From: Eledone cirrhosa
Lineage: Eukaryota
Reading direction: 5' to 3'
Assembly (NCBI GenBank): GCA_964016885.1
Contig: OZ024740.1
Coordinates: forward strand, 316,200,001 to 316,264,000
DNA: 64,000 bases
Each line of letters begins with the position of its first letter. Within the stretch, counting starts at the first letter, position 1. Shown here piece by piece: positions 13,901 through 28,165 of this stretch. Made by a program: the position numbers and the translations under genes. The notes under the pieces are model-generated. The model was not told where the DNA came from. It made no database searches and saw only the letters and a list, made by a program, of their open reading frames with translations.

Positions 13901-14682
13901 TGAGACCCAATGATTGTCTTCTCTTGCACAGTGATCATTTTGGACTCTCTTCAACAGACTCTCAAACCATGTCAATAACTTCCCAGTTTGCTTCCTGGGT
14001 CATCCAGAGTTGATAGGATAGTCCTCAGACATTGTATAGAGGTTCTTCACTACCCCATAGATCTCAAACTTCTTCACACAGTTTTGTAGATTGACTTTGA
14101 AGGAAGATTTGTTTGTTAAAAAAAATGCCTGAAATTTCTCCTAGACTTACTTTACGAGCCACACTTATAGTAATGTTTGACAAAGAAAATCCGATGCTGG
14201 AGCTCCAATTGTGGGTCTTATTGCCATTTCTCTGATGTTGTAGCTGCATGTTCTGAAATTTAAGGTTAACCATTTAGCATTTAAACCAGCTGTATCCAGC
14301 CAGAATTCTCTCACCTTTTCTGTTCAAACTGGCTGTAACTGATCGCTCATACTGATGTTAAGATATTGTTCTCAAAATAAATAATATCAAAACCTCATAG
14401 ATTCCATATTATGTGAGTAATGTAAATGCTAAAGGGTTAATCATTTAGAAAATGAATATACAGTGACAAAACATGCATGGCGCCAATTGCTTTTTAATCA
14501 CCCTGTTTGTGTATATATATATATTATTGGTAACAGGGTAGTAACATTTTAGTCATGGCAATAATTTTAACTCTCTTTAATTTAATAGCATGTGATATGT
14601 AATTCCCAAAGGCTGACATCAGCAGCAACAAAAATATTTTCTGGACACACACAGACAAGATTTCACAATTTTTTTTTTTATT

Positions 14683-14718
<36 letters not shown>

Positions 14719-15525
14719 GTAAAATTCCGTAAAAATGAATACCATTATAAAGAATTTTTCGTTACAATTAATTTTTTTTTTGTACTCCATGAATTTTGTT
14801 ATAATGGAATTTCACTGTATATATTATCGACCGATGGGTCATGACATATTCATGGGATGGATGTACAAAAATGGCATATCTTGAGATCCGACAGAGGGTT
14901 CAGAAGGAAAAAAACCTTAACAAAGAAACCTATATATATGTATGTATGTGTGCAATTGTGTGTGTGTGTCTGCATAGTAAATAATCATCAGTATCCTACA
15001 CCTAACACACACACAGATATGGGAGGGAGGTGTCTGCATGGTAAAAACACTAGAAATCAAATCAAAAAGAACATAAAGTGTAACAGAAAAAAATGTTATT
15101 AAAAGTGTCTGGTAAGAATGACAAAAAATTGATTGCCTTGTAGACATCTATATTTTGTCCAGGTGCTATTGTCTGTTGAGATTTATTTTAAGTAAGATAA
15201 AATTCTGAAGAATGTTTTTGTTGCTGTGCATAATTATAAATATGACTTAAAACAATGATGATGATGATGATGATGACGACGACGACGATTGTGTGTGTGT
15301 ATATATATACATATATAATAAAAAACAGAAAAAATACAAGATGGAGTAACAGATTAAGATGAGAAAGAAGAGGAGGCATAAAAGAGAACAGATAGTCATT
15401 GAGGAGGTCACAGAATGTGTGACAAAAGAATTTTGATGAACTAACAAATAACTATCATAGTAATAAAAATAAAGTGAAAATCATATGGTGTGTGTAAACA
15501 ATATACCACACACTATACACAGACA

Positions 15526-15890
15526 GACTGCAATTGTAGAAATCCCAGCAATTGTCCTCTATCAGGTAAATGCTTATACAAAAATATCATTTATCAATGT
15601 GTGGTAACATCTAAACTAGGGATATATAAATATGTGGGTTCCACTTCAAATATTTAAAAAACCCTAGTTTAGCTAAATCTGCCGCACTGGCGAAAAAAAT
15701 CTGGGATCTGAAACACGCTAATATTGAATACACACTACAGTGGTCCATGCTAAAATTCGACCATCCATACCGGAATGAAAAGACACCCATGTGAACTATG
15801 TTTGGTGGAGGTAATGGAAATAGCGACTGGAAAGGACCTTCTAAATTCCCGGCACGATAGGATATTTAATTTCAAACACAAGGTTCTAAA
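15526..15890 (+). pseudogene. Penelope-like element GIY-YIG endonuclease remnant
   Basis: Manual translation DCNCRNPSNCPLSGKCLYKNIIYQCVVTSKLGIYKYVGST, then after a break ALAKKIWDLKHANIEYTLQWSML...CELCLVE...LLNSR. This is the CNC/CPLxGxC/IIY-YVG signature of PLE endonucleases. Confidence 0.8.
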
Positions 15891-16503
15891 AACCTTCACT
15901 AAATAAAAACTGGACTAGAACAAGATTCGATCCCTAATACCTAGGTTTTACTATATCCTATTTGGTACATTTCCTGAGTAATTTGAACTTTTCACACCCA
16001 ATGGATTCAGTAATATTCAAAACAATCCCATTTTCTTAATTCCTTTCCTCTTTACCCACTCTAGCCTACTCTTAATCTGTACCTTATCTTTCTCTGTCTC
16101 CACCCTTATACCTTCTTTACCATATATATGGTAAACATCAAAACTTTCACCTATAACAATGGTCAGAGAATATTTTTCCACATCACGGCACACAGATTGA
16201 CAGTGTGAATCTCTTTAGCCCCACCTCCTCTCCTCTCTTCTATCATACTAACTGACTGTATTTCATGCTATTTTTAACTTATTTACATTTTCTTAAACGA
16301 AAATACATTACTGAATTTTACTTCATGGTGATCAGTTGAATTCCACTACTATAGGCTTTCTGATGAAGTGTAATAAATAATTAAGTATTGCATATGATTG
16401 AACAACATATATTGTAGTCAGAATATGTAGACAAGTTATAATAGACATAATCTCTTCACACTGACGTTTTATTATTCTTGGTGCAATAATTACTTGCTTA
16501 TAT

Positions 16504-16912
16504 ATCATCATCATCATCATTTTACGTCCACTTTTCCCTGCTTGCAAGGGTGGGACGGGTCCTATTCAGCACAGTGTCTCTCTCCATTCATCACGGTCCT
16601 TTGTCATCTCCTCCGTGAGCTTCATCGATCTGAGGTCAGCTCTCACCACCCCTGTCCATGTTTTTCGTGGTCTTCCTCTGCTGCATCTTCCTTCTACTGG
16701 GATTTCTTGGCACTTCTTTACCCAGCGGTCATCCTCCGTGTGCATCACATGTCCATACCAATGCAGTCTTCTCTCCCTCCTATACACGGTTTCTCTCTCA
16801 ACTCATCTATGCTTGGTCGTTCATGCACATTGACATTGCACATCCAATAGAGCATGCTTGCTTTATTTCTCTCCAGCCGTCGCATGTCCTCCACAGTTGC
16901 TATCCATGTCTC
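16504..16912 (-). mobile_element. 5'-truncated RTE LINE 3' fragment with (GAT)n tail
   Basis: RRLHWYGHVM...RGRPRKTW; tail matches the 44654-45322 copy. Confidence 0.9.
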
Positions 16913-16975
16913 AAAATATTACTTTAGAATTTTAATTAATGATGATGATGATGATATATATTCTTTTGTTTTCAG

Positions 16976-17119
16976 ATTAGGAGCTGGGTGGTCATATCAT
17001 ACAAATAGATTCACTCAATTTCGCAAAGATGACCAACTTAGTGTTGATGAACAGGAACAGATATTAAATGTGATCTCACGTGCAGAATTTATGGACAATG
17101 TGGAGCAGGAACGAATTGG
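16976..17119 (+). CDS. RPH3A: Rabphilin coding exon 2 (LGAGWSYHT...QEQILNVISRAEFMDNVEQERI[G]); Rab-binding helix SHD1
   Basis: ttttcAG acceptor, GTAAGA donor at 17120, phase 2-2, in frame with exon 1. Matches the rabphilin L.AGWS.H and E.E.I..VI.RAE....EQERIG pattern. Confidence 0.94.
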
Positions 17120-18561
17120 GTAAGATCCAGTGTTATTAGCATCCTTTCCTTCGACAAGCCACACCAGGACATTTTACAGTTTTTATAACAATCTCCTCAG
17201 GCCCCCATTTGCTCATAATAGTGAGAGATGGGGAGAGAGATGGAGGAAGTGATGGTGGGAGTTTGGTTCCTTTGTGTTCAGACCTGGTGTATATATATAT
17301 ATATGTTTCACAGACACACACTCACACAGGACATGGTGTATGTTTAAATCACTGTAGTACTTAAGACCATCTCCTATTATTATTATTTCCTTGAAGTATT
17401 TGTGCCTAATATTCCTGCATTGATGAGGCTTATTTGTTATTGAAGAAATCTTTATTTAGTTATGGATGTGTTAAGAATAGGATGCAGGTATGACTGTGTG
17501 GTTTAAGTTCACTTTAAACATGAGGTGTCACATTTAATCCTTTTACGATAGACTTAGGTCAATCCAAGCCTTGTGAGTGAAATTAGGTAGAACAAAACTG
17601 TGCAGCGGTCCATCAGATTGATTGTACCTGCAATTCAAAGGACCAGCCCTGTTACATGTTGTGTCGCACTGATTCTGTCAGAGGATTATATCAAATGGCT
17701 AGTCTTTGTGTGATACTAAGCCACATACAATATAATTCAATGAGTAGATTGTTCCATTCTTCAAACAACTCCAAAATATTCATCATTGAAAATCACAGAG
17801 ATTTCTTTTTACATGTGAAAAAATATTGTAGCTATCTTCCACCTACTATAGTTTTGGTTATTTCAAAATCTCTTTAACCCTTTTGATACAAACCTGCCTA
17901 GGTCCTGGGTATGATCCCACTGCAAGGTTTCTTGGGCATGTGTCATTTACTACAGCCTCATGTCAATCCATGCCTTGTGATTGAAATTAGGTGTATGGAA
18001 GCTGTTTGAAGGTCTATCAGATGTACTGTACCTGTAATTCAAAGGGTTAAACTTGTCACACACTGAGAATTACAATAAGAGTACACATGTCTGTAGAATA
18101 CTCAGTTACTTATACATTAGTTTCATGAGCATTAAACAACTATGAAGGTGTGTGGCTTAATGGTTAGATCATTGGATTTACAATCATGAGGTTATGGGTT
18201 CAATTCTTGGACTAGGAGATGTGTTGTGTTGTTGAGCAAGACACTTTATTTCACATTGATCCAGTTTACTCAGCTGTAGAAATGAGTTTCAATATCACTG
18301 ATATCAAGCTGTATTGGTTTTTACCTTTCTCTTGAACAACATTAATGGTATGTATGGGTGACTACTAGTATTCCACAAAAACACCTTGCCCAGTTTTATG
18401 CCTTGGAAGGGAACTTTCTAGGTGCAAAACCATACTATTGGTGACTAAAGGGTTTGTTTTTAAACAACTGAAACACTCATTAAAACCAATGGTGCTCCAT
18501 GCCATTCCAAAGGTATTGAAGGTGAAATTTTATTATATTTTTTATATTTCTTTACTTCCAG

Positions 18562-18691
18562 GCGTCTAGTAGAAAAGTTTGATAATATGAAGAAGAATGC
18601 TATGGGGAATGGTGACAACCAATGTATTTTGTGTGGTGATGAATTTGGTCTGCTGGGAGCTTCTCCAACTCACTGTGATGATTGTAAAAAG
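18562..18691 (+). CDS. RPH3A: Rabphilin coding exon 3 (RLVEKFDNMKKNAMGNGDNQCILCGDEFGLLGASPTHCDDCKK); first half of the FYVE-related Zn finger
   Basis: ttccAG acceptor, GTAGTG donor at 18692, phase 2-0, two CxxC pairs. Confidence 0.94.
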
Positions 18692-18972
18692 GTAGTGTAG
18701 CATTTCAGTGATATTAAACTTTTTTAATATGCTTCAATGAACGGTTTTAACAAGAAATTATTGTTATCGTTGTTTCGTTCGTTATTATTATTATTGCTAC
18801 TACCACCACCACCACTACTACTACTATGTGAAACTTCTTTGAATTCTGCTTCTTTCCCATATTTTGCCGAATGTCAACCTGACACCTGAGGCAAAATTTG
18901 GTAATGCACATTATTATTATTCTTCTTCTTCTTCTTCTTATCATCATTATCATCATCATCAAAATTATTTTT

Positions 18973-19007
<35 letters not shown>

Positions 19008-19836
19008 TGTCAAAATTATTGTTATTATTATTATTATTATTTTGTATCACCAAGTGTGCCTTTGTGTGTGCTAATGTGTGTGCAATATTAACTTTTAGGG
19101 GATTGTGTTGTGGTATGGGGGCTTCTTTTGTTGTTTCTTCTGCTGTGTTTGGTGTTGTTGCTATTGTTTGTGGTAAAAGCTTTTAGAGTACTGGGAGGGG
19201 ATTTTCTAGAATATCTGCTCTTGAAATGACATTATTCTATTGAAACTACCTTATACGGAACATATACATCTGGATTATATATGTATAAAGTAGAGAGCCC
19301 TAATATTTATGGTTTTGTTTATTAATTATTATTGGTGGTGTTTGTATTTTTTTTTCTTATACACATTTTGTGTTTTATGCTACCACTAAACCTATCAAAA
19401 TATAACATGATTGGCTGTGTGGTTAAGATATTAGATTTATATCCATATGTTAAGTGCCTTAATCTTTGTGAGTGAAATTTGGTTGATAGAAACTGTACAG
19501 AAGCTTGTGAAAGTATGTATGTAAACATTCATACATACATACATACATACATATATAAATGAATACATACATATTAAAAGAGATCGATATATGATGTATA
19601 ATGACCATGCGACTCTATGATCACTCAATGAGAGAATTGGAGGTAAAAGTACTATATATATATATATAACAAAGAAGGTGTGGTAAGATACCAGGTGGAC
19701 CATAACTCACCAGAGTACTCGATGCTTAGAGTAGTAGAGTGGGTAATAGGAAAAGTGCCAGGACCCCGACAGCTGAGCTCCGGATCTAGCTGTCGAAACG
19801 GCTGCAGTTCATCCATCGGGGTCCTGACTCTTTTCC

Positions 19837-19868
<32 letters not shown>

Positions 19869-20995
19869 GTCATCATTTAACATCTGTTTTCCTGGTTAGT
19901 ATACATAAACATACACATATATGCATATTTCTATATACGAGGGGTGTTGAAAAGTTCCTTGCTTTAAGGGTATCTTGAAAGGGTAGAGCTGTTACCTTTA
20001 CAGGGAGGGGGGGGGGTAGGACCGCTGCAATAAGTGTGTGAATTTGAGAGGTGAATATGTTGAATAAAATCATAATTAACTGATCCTCCTGTATTTTCTT
20101 TTACCCAAGTCCATAAACTTTTCAGCACCCACTTCTATTTATACATATACATACATTTGGTGTGTTGAACAAAAATATCTTCTGGTAGCCTGTTCAGTTA
20201 AGGTTAAATCCCTTTATACTTGGGTCAACTTTGTCTTTCATCTCTCTAGACCTGGGTCAACTTTACCTTTTATCCCTTTACGTGATTGATAAACTGCTGA
20301 GTTCATTATAATCAACTAAATCCTTGAAGATGGTAATACATGGCCACCATCTAATGACTGAAACAAGTAAATCAATATAAGGATAATATTTTTTCCACAC
20401 AATTTCAAATATAATCTCATATCAATAATATGTATAACAAAGAAAGACAGGATATAGATGAAAAAGGAGTGAAAGAAATAGAGGAAGGGAGGAAAAGAGT
20501 GAAAATAAAGGAGAAAATAGAGGAAAAGATGAGCTGGGGGTCTGTATCTTACATATGATCCTACCAAGTGCATTTTATCTACCAAGTGCATTCTACCAAG
20601 AGCATTTTATCATGACACCAGCACTAGGGAGATTGTTATGTCTTTGACACAACAATCCTGATAGTCTTGGACATTTTAAACCTAGTGGAGCCCACCTCTC
20701 ATCAGATCTGAACACAGCCAATTCCTTATAGAAAAGGAGAGAGAAAGGAAGTGAGAAAGAAATATAAAGGAAGAATCAACTCCAGTACTAGACTGGTACT
20801 TTTTTTATTAACCTCGAAATGATGAAAAGCAAAGTTGATGTTGGTGGGATTTGAACTCAGAGCACAGAGAACCAGAATGAATACTGCAAAGCATTTTATC
20901 CAATGTTCTAATAACATTCAAATATATACAAGAAAAGAATAGGTGTCTTTTTAATTTTCAGTAAATTAATGAGTTGCTATTTAATTTATTCAAAG

Positions 20996-21082
20996 GCTGT
21001 ATGTACTAAATGTGGTGTTGATACCTACAACAGCCAGAAGACACCATTGTGGTTATGTAAATTATGCAGTGAGAGCCGAGAG
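20996..21082 (+). CDS. RPH3A: Rabphilin coding exon 4 (AVCTKCGVDTYNSQKTPLWLCKLCSESRE); second half of the Zn finger
   Basis: caaAG acceptor, GTAAGA donor at 21083, 87 nt, phase 0-0; VCTKCG and WLCKLCSE motifs. Confidence 0.94.
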
Positions 21083-22270
21083 GTAAGATTTACTTTTTGT
21101 TTCTTTAAAACTTTTTGATTGGTACTTTTTAATCACACAATTTCAGTGAAACTATGTAGATCAGAAAATGGAAACAAATTCTATGTGAAATATCCATTTT
21201 AAAATCTTCTAGGAGTTGATGTTAAATACCTAAATAAGAATTATTAACAAGGAATCAAATACTTTTAAATTCTGATTTTCTTATTGAAAGGGTTAATTAT
21301 ATAAAAGAAGATCTCTATGAAAATGTTTCTGTAACTAGGGTAGGGGGTGTAGGTAGGTCTTCTACTTCTTAGCCAGTTTCAACCTGGGCTGCAGTGACAA
21401 AGTCCCTCTGCCACACATTTTGGTCCAATATCACCACTTTGAAGTCCTTCATGCAGTCCAGGCCAGTGTCTTTGACCAGGTTGTTGATGTAAGTGTATCA
21501 GCATTTTCCTTTCCTTATAACTCCATGAAATAGGTTTCAAAGGACTAACTTGGATGATTCCAGTTCAGGGTGTCACACACTATGACCAGATATGTAGAGA
21601 TGCCTTTGCCAGATCTTGTCATTGACTTTTGGCATTTATTTGTCATATGTTGCTGGTGTAGGTAGGTAAATCTGTCAAACGTGTTAATAATATAAATTAA
21701 TTTCCTTTGGGTATTCTATACATAATTGTGAGGATCAGGGATGAAGGGAAGTATAATATAAACTTAATATTATTCAATACATAATTGTTCTCCTGCAAAG
21801 AATTAGGGGAAAATGTGTAACTTGATAAACATCATTTCATTGAAATTTGGTAAATATTTATTTGTGATAGATTGCTGTCATCTTATTTAATTGGTTGGAA
21901 GCAGCATGGTTGAATGGTTAAGGAGTTCACATCAAGTCCTGGGTGTGCTTATTGTGTAGATCACCAACACTAGAAAGGTTGTCATGTTTTTGACACAACA
22001 GAAGAGTTTTTCTGACTCTTTATTTGGCAGGCTTTCTATGGCTGGACACCCTTCCTATCATCCAGCAATATTTTGTAGAAACACAAGCAGGGAAAAGCGG
22101 ATGTAAAATGATGATGATGATGGCATTATTTATATCCATTTTCACTTTCCTTCACATTTTCAGGATATGCAAAAATGGTGTTTAATCTATGATAGCTTTA
22201 ACAAAGGAACTTTGCAAATCTGATTTATGTACAAATAGTTACCTTTAATACACAATCTTAGCTTATACAT

Positions 22271-22272
<2 letters not shown>

Positions 22273-22315
<43 letters not shown>

Positions 22316-22572
22316 ATGTCCGTTTTTCTACACTTGCATGGGTTGGAAGGATCCTTTCCAGTACAGCATCTCTCCACTCACCACATTCCTTCATCCTCTT
22401 TTCTGAGTCTCAGCGATTTAAGATCAGTTCTCACCACTTCTTCACAGGTCTTCCTTGGTCTACTCTACTGCAGTTTCCTTCCACTTGGATTTCCTGGCAC
22501 TACTTCACCCAGCAATCCTCATCCATGTGCATCACATGTCCGTCCCAACACAGTCTTCTCTCCTGTCTTGTA
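22273..22572 (-). mobile_element. Decayed RTE LINE 3' fragment with long (GAT)n tail
   Basis: Similar to the 16504-16912 fragment. Confidence 0.75.
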
Positions 22573-22672
22573 CATCAACAAAAAGAAAAATAATAATTTA
22601 GTTGTAAAACTAGTTTTGCAATGACTAATAATGAATTCAAGTAAAATAATGTAACCAATTGTAGGTAATATG

Positions 22673-22899
22673 CAGTAGCGTAGCTAGAGGGGGATGGGGT
22701 GCCCCAGGCGACACTTTTATGGGAGTGGCACTTTTGGGTCTGCTGTAGGCTATAAGTATTCTTTTAATGTCACAGCATATTATAATTGTACACAGACTAG
22801 TTTTTATATATATAAGAGCAATATGTATTTATTGTGGGGACCCAGGGGAAGCAAACTGAAGGGCTGCTCCAGGTGGTACACACTCTAGCTACATCACTG
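22673..22899. mobile_element. hAT-type MITE, 227 bp
   Basis: TIR CAGTAGCGTAGCTAG / CTAGCTACATCACTG; perfect 8-bp TSD GTAATATG at 22665-22672 and 22900-22907. Confidence 0.88.
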
Positions 22900-24889
22900 G
22901 TAATATGCTGAAACTGGTTCAATGTTTTTGTGGACTTGGTAGTCAAAATATTTATGTTTCTTCTATATAATTCCTGTTGACATTGATATAACCACCATCT
23001 TTACTACTTTTGTTACTATCCTTAATACTACTGCACCACAACTCTAATGACTCAACCATCGTCAGTTTTCCATATTATCATACTAGGGATGAGTCAGTGA
23101 GAAAGCTCTTGTGTAGTTGATTGATATGCTAGAAATAGCAGCTGCATCTCCCTTAAATCAGATCCTATCACCTTAACACTTTAGCATATACATTACTCTA
23201 TATTTGCTATTATATTTTCTTGGTAAAGGTTTTGCCTCACATAATTATCTCACATAATATCGAATCTATGAAATTTTGATATTATTTATTTTGAGAACAA
23301 TACCGGAACATCAGTATGAGTGGCCGGTTACAGTCAGTTTGAACAGAAAGGGGTGAGAGAATTCTGGCCAGATACGGCCAGTTTAAAAGCTGAAGGGTTA
23401 AATAAGGAAAAGATACTTTAGATTAAGTAGTTCTACATATGTCTGAAAAAAAACTTTGATCATAGTTGTCTCAATCAGGGTTGACCAGGGGTTAAACAGC
23501 AACAACAATACTAGGAAACCTCAATATGGTTGTTCAACTTGTTAAAAATCAGACCCTGCTATATAAAAAAAACAAAAAAACCCAATAATTTATTCATAAC
23601 TGGATGGTCATGACTGCAGTACCTTTGAAGCATAAACCTGTTCAGTCAGAGCTGACTGGAAGCTTAACAACAACCATACTCTACCCCCCTTCCACACACA
23701 ACCCCCAAATCATTATTATGTTTACTATACAAATTATAAACTTGCACCAGGTGTGTTGTTGCCAAGACTCATTTCCCAAGTAACAGAGTTCAACTGGTCA
23801 ACTTTGCCTTCCTTCCATTGTCAATAAAATAAAAGTCTTTTATCTATTGACATTAAAAGTGAAATGTTTTAGTAATAACATTTTATAAAATCCTTAACAA
23901 ATCTATTTCAAATAACAACAATACTACAGATATTTAAAAATGGAAAATGAAAGAAAGGGCAAGGGCTTTAGTGTCACATAAGAATGGGAGAAGAGAGGGT
24001 GATGGACTCTAGGCCTATAAAATACCAGTCAAGTTCTGGAGTCAATATAATCAACTCCCACCTCTCCCTCCTTACTCTACTCCAATTTGCTGGTCTTATG
24101 TCTAAATTAATAACCATTATTGTGATACTCAGTATTAAAATGTTTTAATTTTCTTCACAACTGATAAGATTTTACAATAAAATTTGTTGAATATTGTTGG
24201 AAAATTGATACAGCTCCCCCCCCCCCATATATCAATAAGAATAGTACTGAATTATTACTGAAGTAGTTGGGGTTAGGAAGGGCAAATAGTCATAGAAACC
24301 AAGCCCAAAATGGAACATATGAGCAAAGACATGGTCACCTGACCAGTCTAGCCTCAGAATGTGACAACCTGTCTAACCCGTGCAAGTTTGGGAAATAGAC
24401 ATTATATGGTAATAATGGTGATGGTGACGGTGGTGGTGGTGGTCACAGCAGCGGTAGTGGTGGTGGTGGTGGTGGTGCTGGTAGCACTGATAACCTAGGC
24501 TCAGGCATCTAATAAAGTATAACTAATAAAGCAGACCAATCATATTTAGTCACTCACATACTAGGTCTTGATAGAAGATGCGTAATTCTTAACCCTATTG
24601 ATATCAACGGGGACAAACTACCTTTGGTGTTATAAAATAAAACCATGCATTTTAAAAGGTTCCTATTTAAACTATAATCTTCCATGTAATTTGATGTTGT
24701 GTGATAGATACCATCTTTATAATTAGATAATTAATAATTGGAAAAAAGATAAGAATGACTTTTCTGATGGTGTCATCCTTCAATATGTAGACTTATAAAA
24801 TATCTGATCATTAAAGTATAACAACCAACAGAAAAGTCATTATTCTTATTTTTCAAATATATCTTACTGTATCAATTTATTTTTCATTT

Positions 24890-25530
24890 CTACTACAACT
24901 ACTATTACCCCCACTACCAGCACACTACTACTACTAATGCTACTAGTACCACCTCCAATTTTACCACTACTACTACCACTACTACTACTACTACTACCAC
25001 CATCTTTACCACTACCACCACCTCCACTACTACTATCACTACAACCACCGCTACTACTACTACTACCATCAGCACCACCACTACTATCACCACCACCACC
25101 ACTACTACCACCCACTACTATCACTACTACTATTACTACTACTACTACCACCACCACTATTACCACTACTACTATTACTACTACCACCACCACCACCACC
25201 ACTATTACCACTACTACTATTACTACCACCACTACCACCACCACCACTATTACCACTACTACTATTACTACTATTACTACTACCACCACCACCACTATTA
25301 CCACTACTACTATTACTACTACCACCACCACCACCACCACTATTACCACTACTACTATTACTACCACCACCACCACTATTACCATTACTACTATTACTAC
25401 CACCACTACCACCACCACCACCACCACTATTGCCACTACTACTATTACTACCACCACTACCACCACCACCACTATTACCACTACTACTATTACTACCACC
25501 ACTACCACCACCACCACCACTACTATTACC
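24890..25530. repeat. Compound (ACT)n/(ACC)n/(ATT) trinucleotide array with higher-order unit
   Basis: Direct reading; source of the poly-Thr/poly-Val pseudo-ORFs. Confidence 0.95.
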
Positions 25531-27711
25531 TCAGCTACTCAGAACTTATCTATTCAATGCTACTATACACTTTTCTTTATCATCTAACCCACCGTCTCAT
25601 CTAAATCCTGTACAAAACCTCATTCAACCTCAACTACTTCTCCCCTGCCTCACACCTCCTCACCCTCCTCCCTCTTGAAGCTAAGCTGAATCTCCCTCCC
25701 CCACTCCCCATCCTCCTCCTCCCTAACTAAAGCTAAGCCTATCTTCAACAATCAGATGACTTCAATTACTAAGGATCAACATGTTAAATCAAACACATTA
25801 TCCATACCAACCTTACCTCATCTTTCGACTTTCACCTCTCAACATGTTATGGGTTCTTCTTCACTTCACAGACAAACATATAACACAACATATCAGCATG
25901 ATATGCAATTTGCCTATTCAGCTAAACATTTGAAGCAGAACAGTAATTAAAATGGTCTTTGGCTATGTGCTAATGTTGTTAAGCATTGTTTGAATTCTGA
26001 GCTTATCCTATCTTTATCCATTAGTACTAAACAAATTATATTCTATAACTACAATCATTCTACCATAATTCTTATAAGCAATGTATGGTTGATTTCAGAT
26101 AATAATTCATCTATAATTGGAATTCCAATGACTTTATCTCCTCTAAACTTGATTAACTTCTGAGTTTTCCTTGCCACATGTAATTGACACCAATTACAAT
26201 GATTTCCATTTTATTATTAAAGTATTAAGATAGAGCAGTGGACTAGCGAAGTCGTTTGAGCAGTGGATTAGTGAAGTCGTTTGAGTGTTTCTTCTGGCTT
26301 TGCATAGCAGTATTTCTTCTGGCTTTAGCTCTTTATGTTCTGAAGTTCTGAGTTCAAATCCCACCAAGGTCAACTTAGCCTTTTTAGGGAAAAATAAAGT
26401 TTGGGAAGACAGACTTAAACACAGAGCATATCTTAACTATAATAAAGAAAGAAGTGTGGCACTGCATCCAGAATATATTTTTTTACTCCGTTTGTAAAAT
26501 AAGTTGGATTACTTTGAATAAATAATGAATGAATATTACATAATTTATGTGCTAAATTTCGTGGCTGTTCATTAAATATATTTTATAGCTTATTTAAAGA
26601 TTCACTTCTTTAAAATGTTCAAATGTCAACACTTCCGGTTAGCGATCGTTTAAATAAATATTCATATATTTCTGTCACTAATTTTCTCCTAATGCAGTTT
26701 ATATATAATATCGTCTTTTTAAATGTATCATGGATTACGTTACTGATTACAGAAGACAGTGTAACACAGTCTTCGTTCAATTTCTGTGTATATTGTCAAT
26801 TATGATTTTATTTGATGTATCATATCTACATGTATAATATCAATATACACACTACACATGCTAGCAGAAAACCACCCGAAGGGTGGTTTTTCTGCTAGTT
26901 TAATATAATGGTGTTTGCTGTAGGTTTATGTTCAGTAGATGATTTTAAAAATAAATAACATCACTGCTTCAGTGTGAGTGTGTGTCTGTGAAAATTAGCC
27001 ATTTATCCTTCCAGGGTCAATAAAATAAAGTACTGGTGAACAAATTGCAAGCCCTGTACCTACATTAGAAACAATTATTAAAGCATTGAATATCATTTGC
27101 TACTTCCTATATCGATATTGGTGGCAAATTGGCAAAGTCATTAGAACATCAGATAGAATACTTTACAGTACTTGATCTGGCTCTCTGCTCTTTGAGTTCA
27201 AATTCTGCCAAGGTCAATTTTGCCTTTCATCCTTTCAAGAGCGATAAAAAAAAGTTCCAGTTTAGTACTGGGGTCGATTTCCAGTTTAATACTGGAGTCG
27301 ATTTCCAGTTTAATACTGGAGTCGATTCTTCCTCTATATCTCTTTCTCATTTCCTGTCTCTCACTCTCTATCCTTCTCTGGAAGAAATCTGCTGTATTCA
27401 GACCTGGAGAGAGATGGGCTCTGCCAGACTTAAAATGCCCAAGAAATACCATATGTCAACTTTGCATTATGATACAATTAGTTGGAACAATTAGGTAATA
27501 GTAATTGATAAAACAAAATAAAATAAAATAAAAACAAAGACAGTTTTAGAAAAATTAAACCAGTCTGACATATATTGATTAGTGTTGTTTCTCAAGAAGT
27601 GTTTTAACCTTTTCAATACCATATTTTTAATGAAAGACAATGCTTATGATTTTTGAATAATTTTGAAAATAACCAAAATTTGGAGTTATTTTATAAAATT
27701 GTCAAAGGAAG

Positions 27712-28165
27712 TACTCTTGGGTCCCAAATAATAAGAGGTATTGGAATAAGGGGGTGGGGGAGGTTTGTTTGCTTAAATTCTTATAAGTGTGGGTGGGGAG
27801 ATAAACGGGGCATTTGGAAATTGGTAATTGTACAGGATTTCTTGTAATGTTCTTTTTTTGTCATATATAATGTGTTTTTAATATAAAATAAAATTATTAG
27901 TTAACTTTGCCTTTCATCCTTACGGGGTCGATAAAATAAAGTACCAGTAATGCACTGGGGGGTAATTGTGGCTTTGTGCCAAAAGTAGAAACAATTATTA
28001 GATTCTCCAGCTGCTGTATCAATATGAATCACTTACAATAAAATTTCGCTGGAGATTGATTGATTAGCAAAATTTAATATGCAGGGATGGGGAGGATAAA
28101 AGTGTAAGGGGGGCTGAAAAATTAATAAACGGGAGTAGGGTATAATTATTCAAGACCTGAGAGTA
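27712..28165. mobile_element. TA-flanked (Tc1/pogo-type) MITE with nested Nin-SINE fragment (27900-28000)
   Basis: tactcttgggtcccaaataat versus the reverse complement of attattcaagacctgagagta. Confidence 0.6.

Noticed and set aside
24864-25678. Mucin-like poly-Thr / poly-Val ORFs
   Set aside because: Trinucleotide microsatellite open in several frames on both strands; no splice context.
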